A stretch of DNA of 63,868 nucleotides, counting the filler, from Octopus bimaculoides (lineage: Eukaryota), in NCBI RefSeq assembly GCF_001194135.2. It is 6 parts of 6 records of this genome, joined end to end, with 100 filler letters (N's around TTAATTAATTAA, not from the genome) between each part and the next. Parts side by side here need not be neighbours in the genome. Positions count along the whole stretch, not along the records: positions 50,822 to 57,604 come from NC_068986.1; positions 57,705 to 62,268 come from NC_068990.1; positions 62,369 to 63,868 come from NC_068993.1; 3 more parts are not named here. One strand, given 5' to 3'. The translations under genes and the position numbers were made by a program. This document shows, piece by piece, positions 50,856 to 63,868 of the stretch. The notes below the pieces were generated by a model. That model searched no databases. It saw only the letters and a list, made by a program, of their open reading frames with translations, and was not told the origin of the DNA. Every line of letters begins with the position of its first letter. Position 1 is the stretch's first letter.

Positions 50856-53133
50856 ATGCATATATATAGGTATGTATATGCATATATATAGGTATGTATG
50901 TGCGTGCATGTATAATATAAATAATAGATATGTACATGCATATATACATACATATATGTACATACATATATGTTTAGATAAACACACACGCACACACACA
51001 CACACACATATATATAGATATATATATATATACATATATATACATATATGGGTACAAGACGTCACAAAATGTAAACAACATGAAATACAAAAACAAAATT
51101 GTTACTCAAACAACGACAGAAACAAAGCATTTCACCTTTCTTTCTGTCCCTTGTTCTTTGCATATACATCATTAAAAACACCGTGTTTAATTAAAATTTT
51201 ATCTGTGTGTATAGTCAACACCGTTTTATATGCCACAAATTCATTTCAGCGGAAATCCATGACGTGGTATATTATTAGTTTCGGAATTCTTTGCATATAT
51301 TTCCTTGTATATATTGGTTGGTTATGTATCGTTGTTGCACAGGTGAAATGTACGATATATTTTAACAACCATATTCGTAAAGATATTCTATAGAATATCA
51401 TCCGTTATAGTCTTTATATCTTGTTCCTTTCCACGTTAAACAGGCGGCTCTTATCTAAGGCATCACACTTTTCGAGTGTGTATGACTGCACAATTTATCT
51501 TTGAAGATATCTATCTTCATTTCACATACGTTTATGGTTACCTTAAGAGTTAATTCATTTTCTATCTATATTCTGTTTGTTTTAGTTATTCCAAATAATT
51601 TGATGCTGTTTCTATAACGTACGCATAGAGAGGTCAGGCAAAATTTCCACATTGTTGGTGAATATGTCGTCGGAGGTGGCAGATTTCTTCTAAGCTTGTA
51701 TTTCAAAGTATTTTTTCGTTTGCGTTCAGAGAGTTCAGTCAGTGAAATCTGTCGGAGATGACATATTTCATCTAAGCATGTGGCTACACGATAAGATTCA
51801 TTGACGTGCACCAAGAATTCTCAAACGCATCAGTTGCTCCTGGATGCTTATTACAGAGATTTTTAACTTTTATATTTCATACGTTAGTTGTACGACTCAC
51901 ACGACTGCAGTCATGCTGGGTCACTGCCTTTTCGAGTTTTAGTCAAACAAATCGACTACAGCACTTACTGTTTTCAAGCCTTGTACTTCTACTATTGCTC
52001 TATTTTGCAGAACTGCTAAATTAAGAGGACCTAAACGCATCATCACCTGTTGACAAACGGTGGTGGAAGACAGAGACACAGAGTGAGAGACATACATACA
52101 TGCATACATACATACATACATACAAACATACATACATACATACATTACGCACATATAAATAGTCAAGTGAAATAGTCCATTCATTTTCCCGAATTGATTG
52201 GTAAAAATGAAACTGAGTATGCTTAATTCTTAGTATTTGAACTGTTAGAGTAATTTTCGTAATTAATCCAGTACAACCCTTAAACAAGTAAATAGTATTT
52301 TCCGAAACAGTAGATCCACTTATTTCTGTTACTGACTTATACACGAATATACCAGCACTAGCACCACTGAGACGAATGAAGATGTCCACTCGATCAGGGA
52401 TGTATGATTAAATCCTTCATATATGAGGCTGAAATTACAGCAATGTTGGATTATTACACAACCGATAAGAGGGGCTTTGTCGGACTATGTGAAGATTTCA
52501 AATATCAGTATGTAATCAGATATCCTCCGTTTGTCACAGAAACAAATATAAAGGTACTAAGTTAGCTAGCTACGTATGATGTTTGAAGTCGAACGCCACA
52601 CCACATACAATAGGTTGGAAAATAGTCGAAAACTCACACCATACTTTAACGGGTTTTAAAAAAATGTATGCTATTCGTAGCTAACAAAACACATAGCCTT
52701 TTCAGATCTACGAACTGTGACTCACTGATGAATTCTTGATCCGAAATATTCACCGGCTGTAAGGATATGTCTGTTGATGAAGTGAAATTTACCACACTCC
52801 AAAGTGAGCAGCTCTACCACAGACTCTGGGTGGTTGTCTTTTCAGCCTGATGTTTTTTCTGTCAAAGGGGAAATAACTGTAACCTCTTTCTGTTTTCTCT
52901 TTTGTTTTCCGGTTTTCAACCTTCCACATTTTTATATATATTTCTTTCTCACATTTCTCATTCTATCGTCTTATTTATAGTTTGTTTATGCTATGTAGGT
53001 AGTGCCTGAAGATGCCGCTGTAACACTAGGTGTATTGATGATACTGCCTGGCATGCTTTCATCGAAAGAATCAAATAGTAGTACATAAAAACATATACTG
53101 TATTGTATTTATTAAATAATATTTATCTCTCAC

Positions 53134-53175
53134 CAGATGAAGTGCTTCTTTTGTTGAATTTACCATCACTGAACT
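53134..53175 (-). CDS. Putative 42-nt phase 1-1 micro-exon (EFSDGKFNKRSTSS)
   Basis: TTGCAG| acceptor after a (TA)n tract (weak pyrimidine tract), donor CTG|GTGAGA, open frame. Confidence 0.4.
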
Positions 53176-54394
53176 CTGCAATATATATATATATATATTT
53201 GTGTCCGTGACAGGAGTAGCCGTTGTAACGATTATTAATTAGCACGTTCAACCCAAATTGGATGTGTTGTTTATAACGTCGTATACTGCGGTAAATGACC
53301 CGAGAAATCATCTCGTCTCCACAAGTTCTAACAGCACAGATTATATCGGTTAACGAATTCTCGACAGCAACGCTGAATGATACTGTTGTATCACGTGATT
53401 TCACCGTAAATTGTTAATCATCAGCAACAAGGAGCTAAACCTTGACAAATTAGGTAATTATATACCTAAATCAAAAGAAAATGTGTTGTATATTGATGCT
53501 GATATAATCTTGTATATTATGCAGTATACGATAGAAAAAAATTCGATGCAATGCATTTGCATTATTCAAATTAATTATTTTGTGCAAGCAATCATTTATA
53601 GTCTATATTCTAACTTATATTGATTGTTTCGGAAGTGCTTCGTACTTATCAAAGCGCTGTTTTCACCAATTACCTAAATTTGCTCGTTTGTTTTATATGA
53701 CTTCTGCTTCTAGTAGGCAACACACGCATATTAAACACTATTCAATTACGCATGAAATATTTTTTGTCGTTGAATAAATGGGTATTTAATATGTTTTTCA
53801 CTATTTTTCTCCACATCTACAATAAATTAGCGATCAAATGATATTTGGACAGAAAAATCCGCCCCAATCAGAATTAAATATGAATTATATTGAATATACT
53901 ATGATATTTTAAAACATAAACATGATTATGCTATGAAGTTAACCATATAATACACAACCGCGCGCGCATGTATACGCACACATATAAATATATGTATGTA
54001 TATATACAATTTTAAAAAAAAATATGTTTACATAATTATTACACTCGTCATACTATGTTTGACGCCATGTTTAATGGTATAAAAACGTTTAGAAACAACG
54101 ATGCATCTTGTCTGCGGATAAATATTTTTATCTTTTAAATCAATATTGTTCTTTATAAGTGATCTCAGTAGGTCATATGTGTGTATGTTTATTCGTATGT
54201 GTGTNNNNNNNNNNNNNNNNNNNNNNNNNNNNNNNNNNNNNNNNNNNNNNNNNNNNNNNNNNNNNNNNNNNNNNNNNNNNNNNNNNNNNNNNNNNNNNNN
54301 NNNNNNNNNNNNNNNNNNNNNNNNNNNNNNNNNNNNNNNNNNNNNNNNNNNNNNNNNNNNNNNNNNNNNNNNNNNNNNNNNNNNNNNNNNNATA

Positions 54395-54800
54395 TGGGCG
54401 CAAAAGTGGTTGTGTGGTAAGTAGCTTGCTTACCAACCACCTGGTTCCGGGTTCAGTCCCACTGCGTGACACCTTGGGCAAGTGTCTTCTACTATAGCCT
54501 CGGGCCGACCAAAGCCTTGTGAGTGGATTTGGTAGACAGAAACTGAAAGACGCCCGTCGTATATGTGTAAATATATATATATATGTGATGTGTGTATATG
54601 TTTGTGTCTGTCTTTGTTCCCCCAACATCGCTTGACAACCGATGGTGGTGTGTTTACGTCCCCGTCACTTAGCGGTTCGGCAAAAAGAACCGATAGAATA
54701 AGTACTAGGCTTACAAAGAATAAGTCCTGAGGTCGATTTGCTCGACTAAAAGCGGTGGTCCAGCATGGCCTCAGTCAAAAGACTGAAACAAGTAAAAGAG
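54395..54800 (+). mobile_element. SINE family A
   Basis: Complete head, core and tail. Confidence 0.9.
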
Positions 54801-55474
54801 TATATATATGTGCGTGTATTCGTATGTGTTTGTGCATATACGTATATATAATTTCATTAGTGAACCCATACAACACGAACTTCCACCAACTATTTTGCCT
54901 ATATATCTGTGCTCACCTTTCAATGCAATGTATGACCTAATGGAGGTCTCAAAAGTCATTTTAAGATCCACAAATATCAGAACTTAACTACAACTATTGG
55001 TGCTCTAAATAGGATATGCAATCTATGTGGATGTCTCTTCAAAACAGTGTCTGGTGTAAAAAGCCGCACCAGATAGCATGATAGTTCAAAGGTGTAGGAA
55101 TAGGAGGTGGTCAAACTCTACATAAGGAACAGACAACCGCCGTATATATGTGTGTATATATGCATATATATATATATACTTTATTTAAAAGCAGCAGAAA
55201 TATAACAAAAAAAACCGTTACTCTGAGTTTCACGTTCCCGTTCATCGGACAGTAACTAAATCTTTTCGTGCTATGAATCAAGTATTTTTTCTACTCTAGG
55301 CACAAGGCCCGAAATTTTGGGGTAAGGGGCCAGTCGATTATATCGACCCCAGTAAGCAACTGGTACCTAATACGGTTCTACCCCAGCGGAAGTATGAATC
55401 AAGTATTGCCAGCCTTATTTAATTTCTCAATGCCCATGCGGTTTGCACTTTATTTGTTGGTGTATAAAATATGT

Positions 55475-55857
55475 GGAGGCGCAATGGCCTAGTCGTTAGA
55501 GCAGCGGACTCGCGGTCGTATGATCGCGGTTTCAATTCCCAGACCGAGCGTTCTGAGTGTTTATTGAGCGAACACACCTAAATTTCCACGAGGCTCCGGC
55601 AGGGGATGGTGGCGAACCTTACTGTACTCTTTCACCACAACTTCGTCTCACTCTTACTTCCTGTTTCTGTTGTACCTGTAAATCGAAGGGCCAGCCTTGC
55701 CACACCCTGTGTCACGCTGAATCTCCACGAGAACTACGTTAAGGGTACAAGTGTATGTGGAGTGCTCAGCCACTTTCAAGTTAATTTCACGAGCAGGCTG
55801 TTCCGTTGATCGGATCAACTGGAACCTTCGTCGTCGTAACCGACAGAGTGCCAACAA
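55475..55857 (+). mobile_element. SINE family B
   Basis: Colinear with 5842-6222. Confidence 0.9.
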
Positions 55858-57255
55858 TGAAATATGGTACTCATATTTTTGGTGCAACTGTACACTAACG
55901 TTATCGCTGTACAGATTTCAACATCTTCTGTATTTATGGTTTGCAGGGAAGCGCGAGTGAATTAAGATAGAAATGATCGCACAACATTATATAATATTGA
56001 ATGAAAAGTTATGAGCGATTCATTTGATACTGAGATGACAGTTGTAGGTAAATTAGGTGCTTAAGCATTCAAATCCATAAGCTAGTAAAGCCTTATTGCC
56101 GTAAGTTTCGGCTTATGTTGCACATTGGAGACTTCCTTATTGAAAGATATATTAGAAATCCTTTTACAGATATTATGAAAACGGATATAAACTTTCCATT
56201 TGTATGATACTAAGCTAATGTAATAGGATTTCTCAGCGGGATATGTAAGGGGCCTATTTCTGTTACAGCTTAAATCTACAGCAGAGATGCAAGATAGATA
56301 TATTTAGGTAACTAACTATACATGGTGATGTTATAGAAATGACGAACCAAACCTCCGAAAATCCTAAGTTAAAAATATTTGCCTATGCGTGCTTTTTTTT
56401 TTTTTACAGGTACCAATCGAATATACTTCTACAAATTTCTTTGTACGAGCGTCTAACATATAATCCTACATGATTCCATTGTTCTGCACTATCATAGAAT
56501 CTCTTTGGGTCTTCCACCAGAAGATCCAATGAAATATGAATTTAATTTTCTTCCCTGCTTCACTGTATATCATTAATTTTTTTTTTTCCGCAATTGATCT
56601 TAACGTTATTCGCTACTGTAACATCGCGGCACGTTATTATAATCCTTAGCAAATTCGAGAAAGTTGTATTATGCAGATTTACATAGCGAGGGTTACAGTC
56701 AAATGTGTCGAAATGAATACATATATTGACATGCCTGTTATTGATTTTCTTGCAGTAGACAATTATAGTGTTTTACGAGTCCAATGAAATAAGTAGCTGT
56801 TATTTAGAAACTTTTTCGTTGAATCTAAAGATACCGTTTAGTTTTAGACATAATTTACGCTACACTCAGCGTTAAACGGTACCTGCTGGTCGTGGTCGAC
56901 TAGTTCCGTTTAAGGGTGAGTGAGGACAGTAGCTCCATTGTTTGAGGTACAAGGGTGTAGTTGTGCACCGGTAGCCACCCGGAGAATTAAAATTGTGGTT
57001 TCAATTCCGGATGCGTTGTGCTCTTGCGCACAATATTTCAGTTCACGTTTCTCTAGTTCATTATGCTAGTAAAAGTGTCCGGCCCGTATCAGCCAAACGG
57101 GTCCCATAAAACTGTGATCCCAGAAGGAAATTCCATCCCTTTCTATTACAACAGCTTTTCTATTAACTTTAGTATTTTCCAACTAAAATTTTAGTATATA
57201 CCAGATCCATCATTCCGTATAATATTCATCCTAGGCTTTCCTACAACACAGTTAC

Positions 57256-57354
57256 CTGCTTCTGTATGATTCAACGACATTGTCTCAATATTGTGATTCA
57301 CATTGCTTGTCATAGATACGATATCAACAATATAGGTTTCGTCATAATTTCCGT
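57256..57354 (-). CDS. Putative 99-nt phase 1-1 coding exon (DGNYDETYIVDIVSMTSNVNHNIETMSLNHTEA)
   Basis: Acceptor GAACTTTTCTTGCAG|, donor GCAG|GTAACT, symmetric open frame, non-repetitive protein-like composition. Confidence 0.7.
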
Positions 57355-57565
57355 CTGCAAGAAAAGTTCACAAACATCACATTGGCAGATATGACGCAGT
57401 AGAAGATATGACATAAGTTCAACGAACGTTGGTATCTGCTTTCGAGTCATTTGGTCACAATATATATTTTCATAACGTATATTCAAAAGCAAAGACGCAG
57501 ACGAATTTACATGCCACACACAAACACCAGGAAGTCAATACATACATACATATATATATGTATGT

Positions 57566-57604
<39 letters not shown>

Positions 57605-57816
57605 NNNNNNNNNNNNNNNNNNNNNNNNNNNNNNNNNNNNNNNNNNNNTTAATTAATTAANNNNNNNNNNNNNNNNNNNNNNNNNNNNNNNNNNNNNNNN
57701 NNNNCATAGACACACAAAGTATATTTATGAATGTTTTTATATATATTTACAGAATATATAAATGTATATATGTGTGTGTATGTGTATGTGTATGTATATA
57801 TATATATATGTGTGTA

Positions 57817-57849
<33 letters not shown>

Positions 57850-58564
57850 GTATACATATGTTTTGTGTGAGTTGTGAAAAAAGAATGCGCTTGTAAACGT
57901 ATATGTGAGGATATAAAATTTTAAAAGTATATATACACGCGCGCACACACGTAGACACACACGCACAAATATACATACATATATACATACATACATACTC
58001 AGAAAATAGCTATTAATTCATGTATATGTTTTTGTGCTTGTGTGTGGTAGGGGGAGGGGTTATTCAGAAGTCAAAGGTTAAGAGTGCAACTGGGAACGTT
58101 CCAGAATGAATCAAGTAAAAATTGTTTCAATGTACAAACATGCAATGTACATTTCTTTCCATCGAAGCCGTTCATACAATCCCACACAGACACACACACT
58201 CATATATGCATACGCAGAAATATACACAAAATCACTCTCATGGATACACACACATCTATTTATACGTATACATAAGGGTGCTTGTATCCTTGTGTGTTTG
58301 TCCTTGTGAGTTTGTATGTGTGTGTGTGAGCGTGTGTATTAAAATGGCTATTTTAAAGTACTTTTAGCAATAACGACATATTTGCTGATTGTGTCACTTT
58401 TTATTGAAAGCGGAATCAAATTCATTGTCAAGATCTGGTTGATAGGCAAAACTTTTTTTAAGTTCTACGCAAACTTGGTCTTCACAATATATTTGAATAT
58501 GTGTGCGCGTGCGCAATGTGTGTGTACGCGTCTGTATGTACATATGTATATACATACGTACATT

Positions 58565-58930
58565 TTATATTCTTTTACTTGTTTCAGTCATTTGACTGCA
58601 GAGCACTGCTTTTAGTCGAACAAATCGACCCCATGACTTATTCTTTGTAAGCCTAGTACTTATTCTATCGGTCTCGTTAAGTTACGGGGACGTAAACACA
58701 CCAGCATCGGTTGTCAAGCGATGTTGAAGGGGGACAAACAGATACACAAACACACACACACACATATTTGTATATACGACGGGCTTCGTTCAGTTTCCGT
58801 CCACCAAATGCACTCATAAGGCTTTGGTCGACCCGAGTCTGCAGTAGAAGACACTTGCCCAAGGTGTTATGCAGTGGCACTGAGCACAGAATCATGTGAT
58901 TGGGAAACAAGCTTCTTGCTAACACAGCCA
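58565..58930 (-). mobile_element. SINE family A
   Basis: Reverse-complement match to the family. Confidence 0.85.
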
Positions 58931-60042
58931 AGCTTATATATGCGTGTCTGTGTGTGAATATATATAAGCATATTCATGAAAATACACACACAGAGTCAGG
59001 CAGACAGACAGACAGGGGTGTTTAGTGTACGAAACCTTTCTAAATAACAATTTGGATGAAATTATCTGGTTGAGATAAACCTTACTTCACTTTGATGAAA
59101 ATTTCGCGTTTTCTTGGCACTGTTCTTTCTATTCTTCTCCCTCCCCAACCAATCCCGTATCCTGATAACAAACAGCACCCACCATTATTCCGAAGCCACT
59201 TGCCCATTCTTCCATTTCAATTCATGTACTTTGTATCAAAATATCTATCTCTTCCCCCTCCCCTCTCTCTCTTTCCTTCTTTCTTTTTATCCTTCATTTT
59301 TTTTCTTATTTATTTAAAACTTTAGTCTGTGTTATTTATTCTTGCGTTTTTATCATTTTCTTTCTATCGCGCATCTTCACATGTTTCTATAACTGTGTGT
59401 GTCTATGATATTTAATGTATGTCCACATATATACACACACACATACATATATATACGTACATGTGTGTGTGTGTGCACGCGTATACAGGCGTGTGTATGA
59501 GTGTGTGTGTGTGTGTGTGTGTGTGGGCGCGCGTGTGTGTATCAGTACATGTGTGTTTGCTTCTAACATTATTTGACTTACACGAGTCTGTGTGTTTGTA
59601 ACATCGTTCAATTTGCATGACAAAAAATCTACTTGTATATTTACGTGTGTGTGTGTGTGTATTTCTGTGTGTATGCATGTGTGTGTGTGTGTATCTAAAC
59701 GTATTTATCTACGCTTGTGTTTGTGTAACATCGTTTAACTTGTATGAAACAAATCCACTTGTATATTTGCGCGCGCGTGCGTGCGCATAAGACAACTGTC
59801 CTTGGATGTGCAAACGGTTGAATGCGCGTGCGTGCACACATGCATGCATTTAATTATATGTGTGCGTGAATAGGTGTGTGCGCACCCATACATGTACAAA
59901 CGTTCACGATTTTGGAGGTGTGTTTATGAATTTATACACACACACACGCATACATATATATGTGTGTATGTATGTATGTATGTATGTATAGATAGATAGA
60001 TAGATAGATACGTATATATATATATATATATATGTATACGTG

Positions 60043-60095
<53 letters not shown>

Positions 60096-60109
60096 GTATG
60101 TATACGTGT

Positions 60110-60311
60110 ACCCCCTGACTGGCTCCTGTGCTAGTGGCACGTAAAAAGCACCCACTACACTCTTGGGGTGGTTGGCGTTAGGAAGGGCATCCTGCTGTAG
60201 AAATCTTGCCAGAACAGATTGGAGCCTGGTGCAGCCGCTGGCTCTCCAGACCTCAGTCAAACCGTCCAACCCATGCCAGCATGGAAAACGGACGTTAAGC
60301 GATGATGATGA
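60110..60311 (+). mobile_element. SINE 3' portion with (GAT)n tail (family D)
   Basis: GGTTGGCGTTAGGAAGGGCATCC...CCAACCCATGCCAGCATGGAAAACGGACGTTAAGCGATGATGATGAT. Confidence 0.8.
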
Positions 60312-61098
60312 TACGTACTGAAATGTGTGTATGTATGTTTGGTTTTATTTTTAGATTTTTTGGTAATGGAGAATGAGTTGGTTTGTAACCTGGATCCAAG
60401 ACACCTTCATTGGAATTTCGATAATACGAACAAGGTCGTTTTGCATGTATGTGTGTATTTACGCAAGTATTTGGAGTCAGTGTATGTGTGTGTCTGTATG
60501 TTTTGGTTTTATTATGTATTTTCATTCATACATATCATTAAATGTCTAGACATATACATATGTACTTACATGTTAAACTTTTAGAAAGATTTACATAATT
60601 TCTCAAGATTGGTGCTGAAGAAGTTACATAACCTAATGTAGCAATAATTACAGGTTTAAACCTGAACCTGTAATCCGGGTGGAGTAGTTGTAAATTTCTC
60701 AAAAGTTCAGCTGAGGTACTTTCTTATTCGCTATCATTAGTTTTACGAAACAGTCGCCTAATGTGTTACTACATTACAGTAATGTGAATCGGGTTGCATT
60801 TGTTTTGTATCTACGATTTAGCAGTGTCATTAGAATGTCAGATGAGAATCCGCGAAGTATATGTTCCAACTTTCGGCGTTCTCAGCTCAAATCCTGCCGA
60901 GGTCAATTTACCTTTTCGAGGTTGATTAAAAAAAGTGCCAATTCAGAACGGTGGATAAACGGAATTGTAAGAACATCTGATCGATTCCTTGCAGTATTTA
61001 TTCAGGCTCTTTGCTTTCTGAGTTCAAATCCCACCAATAGCTTACTTGTCTGGTAGACTTAATTCGTCGCCTGGTTTAACACCTGACATCTTTAGTAC

Positions 61099-61221
61099 CT
61101 TTAGCAGAGTCCATTTTGTTGCAAGCACTCTGATCAGGGCTCCAGTTTCAAAATATCTTCTCTGTCTTCCACCATCTTCAAAAGCTCTGTAAAGGACCCT
61201 AGGCCTTATCTTCCCTCCTGA
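61099..61221 (-). CDS. Putative start-codon exon (5' UTR plus MDSAK, ATG at 61114)
   Basis: Acceptor TTTTTCTGTATTTTTAG|, context CAAAATGG, phase-1 donor AAAG|GTACTA compatible with the 57354 exon. Confidence 0.35.
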
Positions 61222-62122
61222 CTAAAAATACAGAAAAACCCTATTTTTCTGGTTTTGATATGAAATTTCTTTGACATTTTCTAGAATTGACAGGTTTTAT
61301 CTGTATCAAATGTCTGTTTCAAAGCAAAATAAAAATATTCTGTGATTATTATAGATTATTTTGATACAGTCTTTTCAGCACTTCTCGTCAGGTAATTTAA
61401 TGTAGAGAAAATTTCAATTAAAAATACAAAAAAGCCATCCCTTATCACATGAAAATCCAGGTTGTAGTCTGTTAGATGTTTAGTTTGTAATGTTGAGTTG
61501 ATTAAAATTTCTGACTGTTTTTTACCGACTAACAAAACTGCCCTTAAGCAATCCGTTTTGAAAACTTTATCTTTTATTCAAAGTAATTGAGCTTTTTCCG
61601 TTGATTTCAGTTGACTGCGACGTATGTATGTTTTTAAACTGACTGAAGATTCTACGATTCTACAGCTTTTGTTTCCTTTTTGTCTCTTTTGATTATTTTA
61701 AATGTTGCTTCGTTTGTATTCCGTAGTTTTATAGTTCTCGACGAACACTTTCCATTTTAAAGTTGATATAATATTTTAATTTTCTTTTCGAGAGAAACTG
61801 ACGTATGCATCTATTTTTGATATGACATCTGCAACTCTATTACGTAATCTAGAAAATATTTAATAAAATATCCAAAACTAAAAGGAAGGCAGCTGCTTCT
61901 GTAGCCTGCTCTCTACCTCATAACTGTAGAAGGGAAATTGAAATAAAGAAATGAACGAAAAATGAAAGGAAAATGAGAAACTAAACGGAAATGTGTAAAT
62001 AATGAAATAGCATTTCCAAATGATATATGAGATAGAAGAAAAAAAAAATCTGCCAAAACCAAAATCGCACAAATCGAGACGCGTGTAAAACGAGGGGAAA
62101 ATTCTGTGTATGTGTTTGAGTA

Positions 62123-62157
<35 letters not shown>

Positions 62158-62214
62158 GTAAGCATGTTTGTATGTATATTATTATTATTATTCCTTCATA
62201 ACTCAGTATTATGA

Positions 62215-62268
<54 letters not shown>

Positions 62269-62497
62269 NNNNNNNNNNNNNNNNNNNNNNNNNNNNNNNN
62301 NNNNNNNNNNNNTTAATTAATTAANNNNNNNNNNNNNNNNNNNNNNNNNNNNNNNNNNNNNNNNNNNNAACTTCCCTTGGCAAACAGGACACAGTCGTGT
62401 GTCGATAAGCCAGCTGGAGGAGATGTCCTCCTGGGGCTAAAAGCAACAGTAACATCCACCCCTAGGGGTCAGCCACACTTAAGTGGCAATATACTAC

Positions 62498-62543
<46 letters not shown>

Positions 62544-62761
62544 TATATGTATATATATATGTGTGTGTGTGTGTGTTTGCGTGTGTGTGTGTACGTATGT
62601 ACGTACATACACACGCACATAAATGTCTGTGTGCGCGTGTGTATGTATATATATATACAAACATAAACATATATATGCATATATATATATATATATATAC
62701 ACACACATACATATATACGTATTTATATATACACACATATAGACAGATAGATATTGTATGT

Positions 62762-62803
<42 letters not shown>

Positions 62804-63029
62804 GTATATGTATATACACACACACATTGTGTGTGTGTGTGTACATGCATACATGTACATATTAGTGAGGAGGGTGTGAATTGAGGGAGATTTGGCTGCT
62901 ATTTCTGGTAGGCCTTTCTACCATGTAGAGGTTTCCTTCGTTGGATTACAATAATTGTTTACAATCTGAACAAGATGCGGCAGCAGCTATTTATAGCGAG
63001 TCGGGCGACCAAGCAGAAAGGTTTAGGTG

Positions 63030-63270
63030 TTCGTACCACACACACACACACACACCACCACCACCACCACCAGTCCACCCCACGCACACATACACACACA
63101 CACACCGCCACCACCACCAGTCCACCCCACGCANNNNNNNNNNCCACCCCACGCACACATACACACACACACACCGCCACCACCACCAGTCCACCCCACG
63201 CACACACACACACACACACACCGCCACCACCACCAGTCCACCCCACGCACACATACACACACACACACAC
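63030..63270. repeat. Minisatellite of about 50 bp (CCGCCACCACCACCAGTCCACCCCACGCAC-(CA)n), about 5 copies
   Basis: Read directly; interrupted by a small gap. Confidence 0.85.
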
Positions 63271-63868
63271 CTGGTTACGTTTCCATGTTAGGAACTATTT
63301 TCTGTTTCCCAAATGGAAGACATACATTTTCAAGACTCCCTAATTTTCCTCACTATCTCCCTCATTATTTCCAGTACCGACACAGCGAACCTCCTCATCT
63401 CCCATCCAACCCCACCTAATCTCTCAGCCTCCCTAACACAACCTCTCCGTTTCTCCCTCTCTCTTTGTCTCTCTCGTCCCTCACCTACTCTTTCTCTTTC
63501 TCTCTCTCTCTCTATTTATCTATCTATCTATCTATCTATCTCTCTGTCTGTCTGTCTGTCTGTCTATCCATCTGTCCCTCGATGCTTTCACACCAATCAA
63601 TTCACATGGGAATACACACACACACAAACACAAACACACTGGAACACACGCATACATACACACGCACACATGTTCACACACATTGAGTCTCACACGCATA
63701 CACACACATTGAGTCTCACACGCATGCACACACATACACACATGCAGAGTCTCTCGCTCGTTCACACACACACACACATACACATGCACACACACACATA
63801 TATATATGTACAAAGGCATCTCAGATGGGAACACACACATAGTAACGCACACATTCACATAGAGATTC

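Noticed and set aside
51566-51814. Minus ORF with an internal 28-bp near-repeat at 82-bp spacing
   Set aside because: The repeat units are in different frames, there are no usable splice sites, and no family was recognised.
53123-53404. 93-aa minus ORF
   Set aside because: No ATG or acceptor at its start and it crosses a (TA)n tract. Only the last 42 nt have splice support.
54915-55080. Strong minus donor AAAG|GTGAGC with a phase-1 open frame
   Set aside because: The acceptor is poor and VLIFVDLKMTF resembles the LINE RT FVDFKKAFD motif, so it is treated as a relic.
61099-61221. Alternative fully coding phase 0-0 reading (SGGKIRPRVLYRAFEDGG...)
   Set aside because: Open, but incompatible with the next phase-1 exon; cannot be excluded without transcripts.

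Overview
Eukaryotic, AT-rich, microsatellite-dense genomic DNA with many N gaps. The SINE, LINE and (TA/TG/TATG)n content suggests a coleoid cephalopod (Octopus-like); this is inference from recognised repeat families, not a database result. Nearly all ORFs in the supplied track are microsatellite, gap or transposon artefacts. Supportable content: two intact tRNA-Arg(TCG) genes, a truncated tRNA-Pro(CGG) pseudogene, many tRNA-derived SINEs, and decayed mariner, hAT, Chapaev-like, Helitron/Helentron, RTE, Tx1, R4/Dong-type and Penelope-like elements. There is also a 15-bp coding-like tandem repeat and a tentative sparse minus-strand host gene made of short phase-1 exons (about 61.2 kb to 16.1 kb). 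The most unusual signal is a very AT-rich block at about 33985-35810. It reads as a spliced gene only if TAA/TAG encode Gln (ciliate-type code 6), and it ends in a long fold-back palindrome. It is a candidate insertion from, or chimera with, a ciliate-like organism. Five 100-bp gaps contain an artificial TTAATTAATTAA linker, so continuity across them is not guaranteed. Most transposon boundaries are approximate and all counts are manual.
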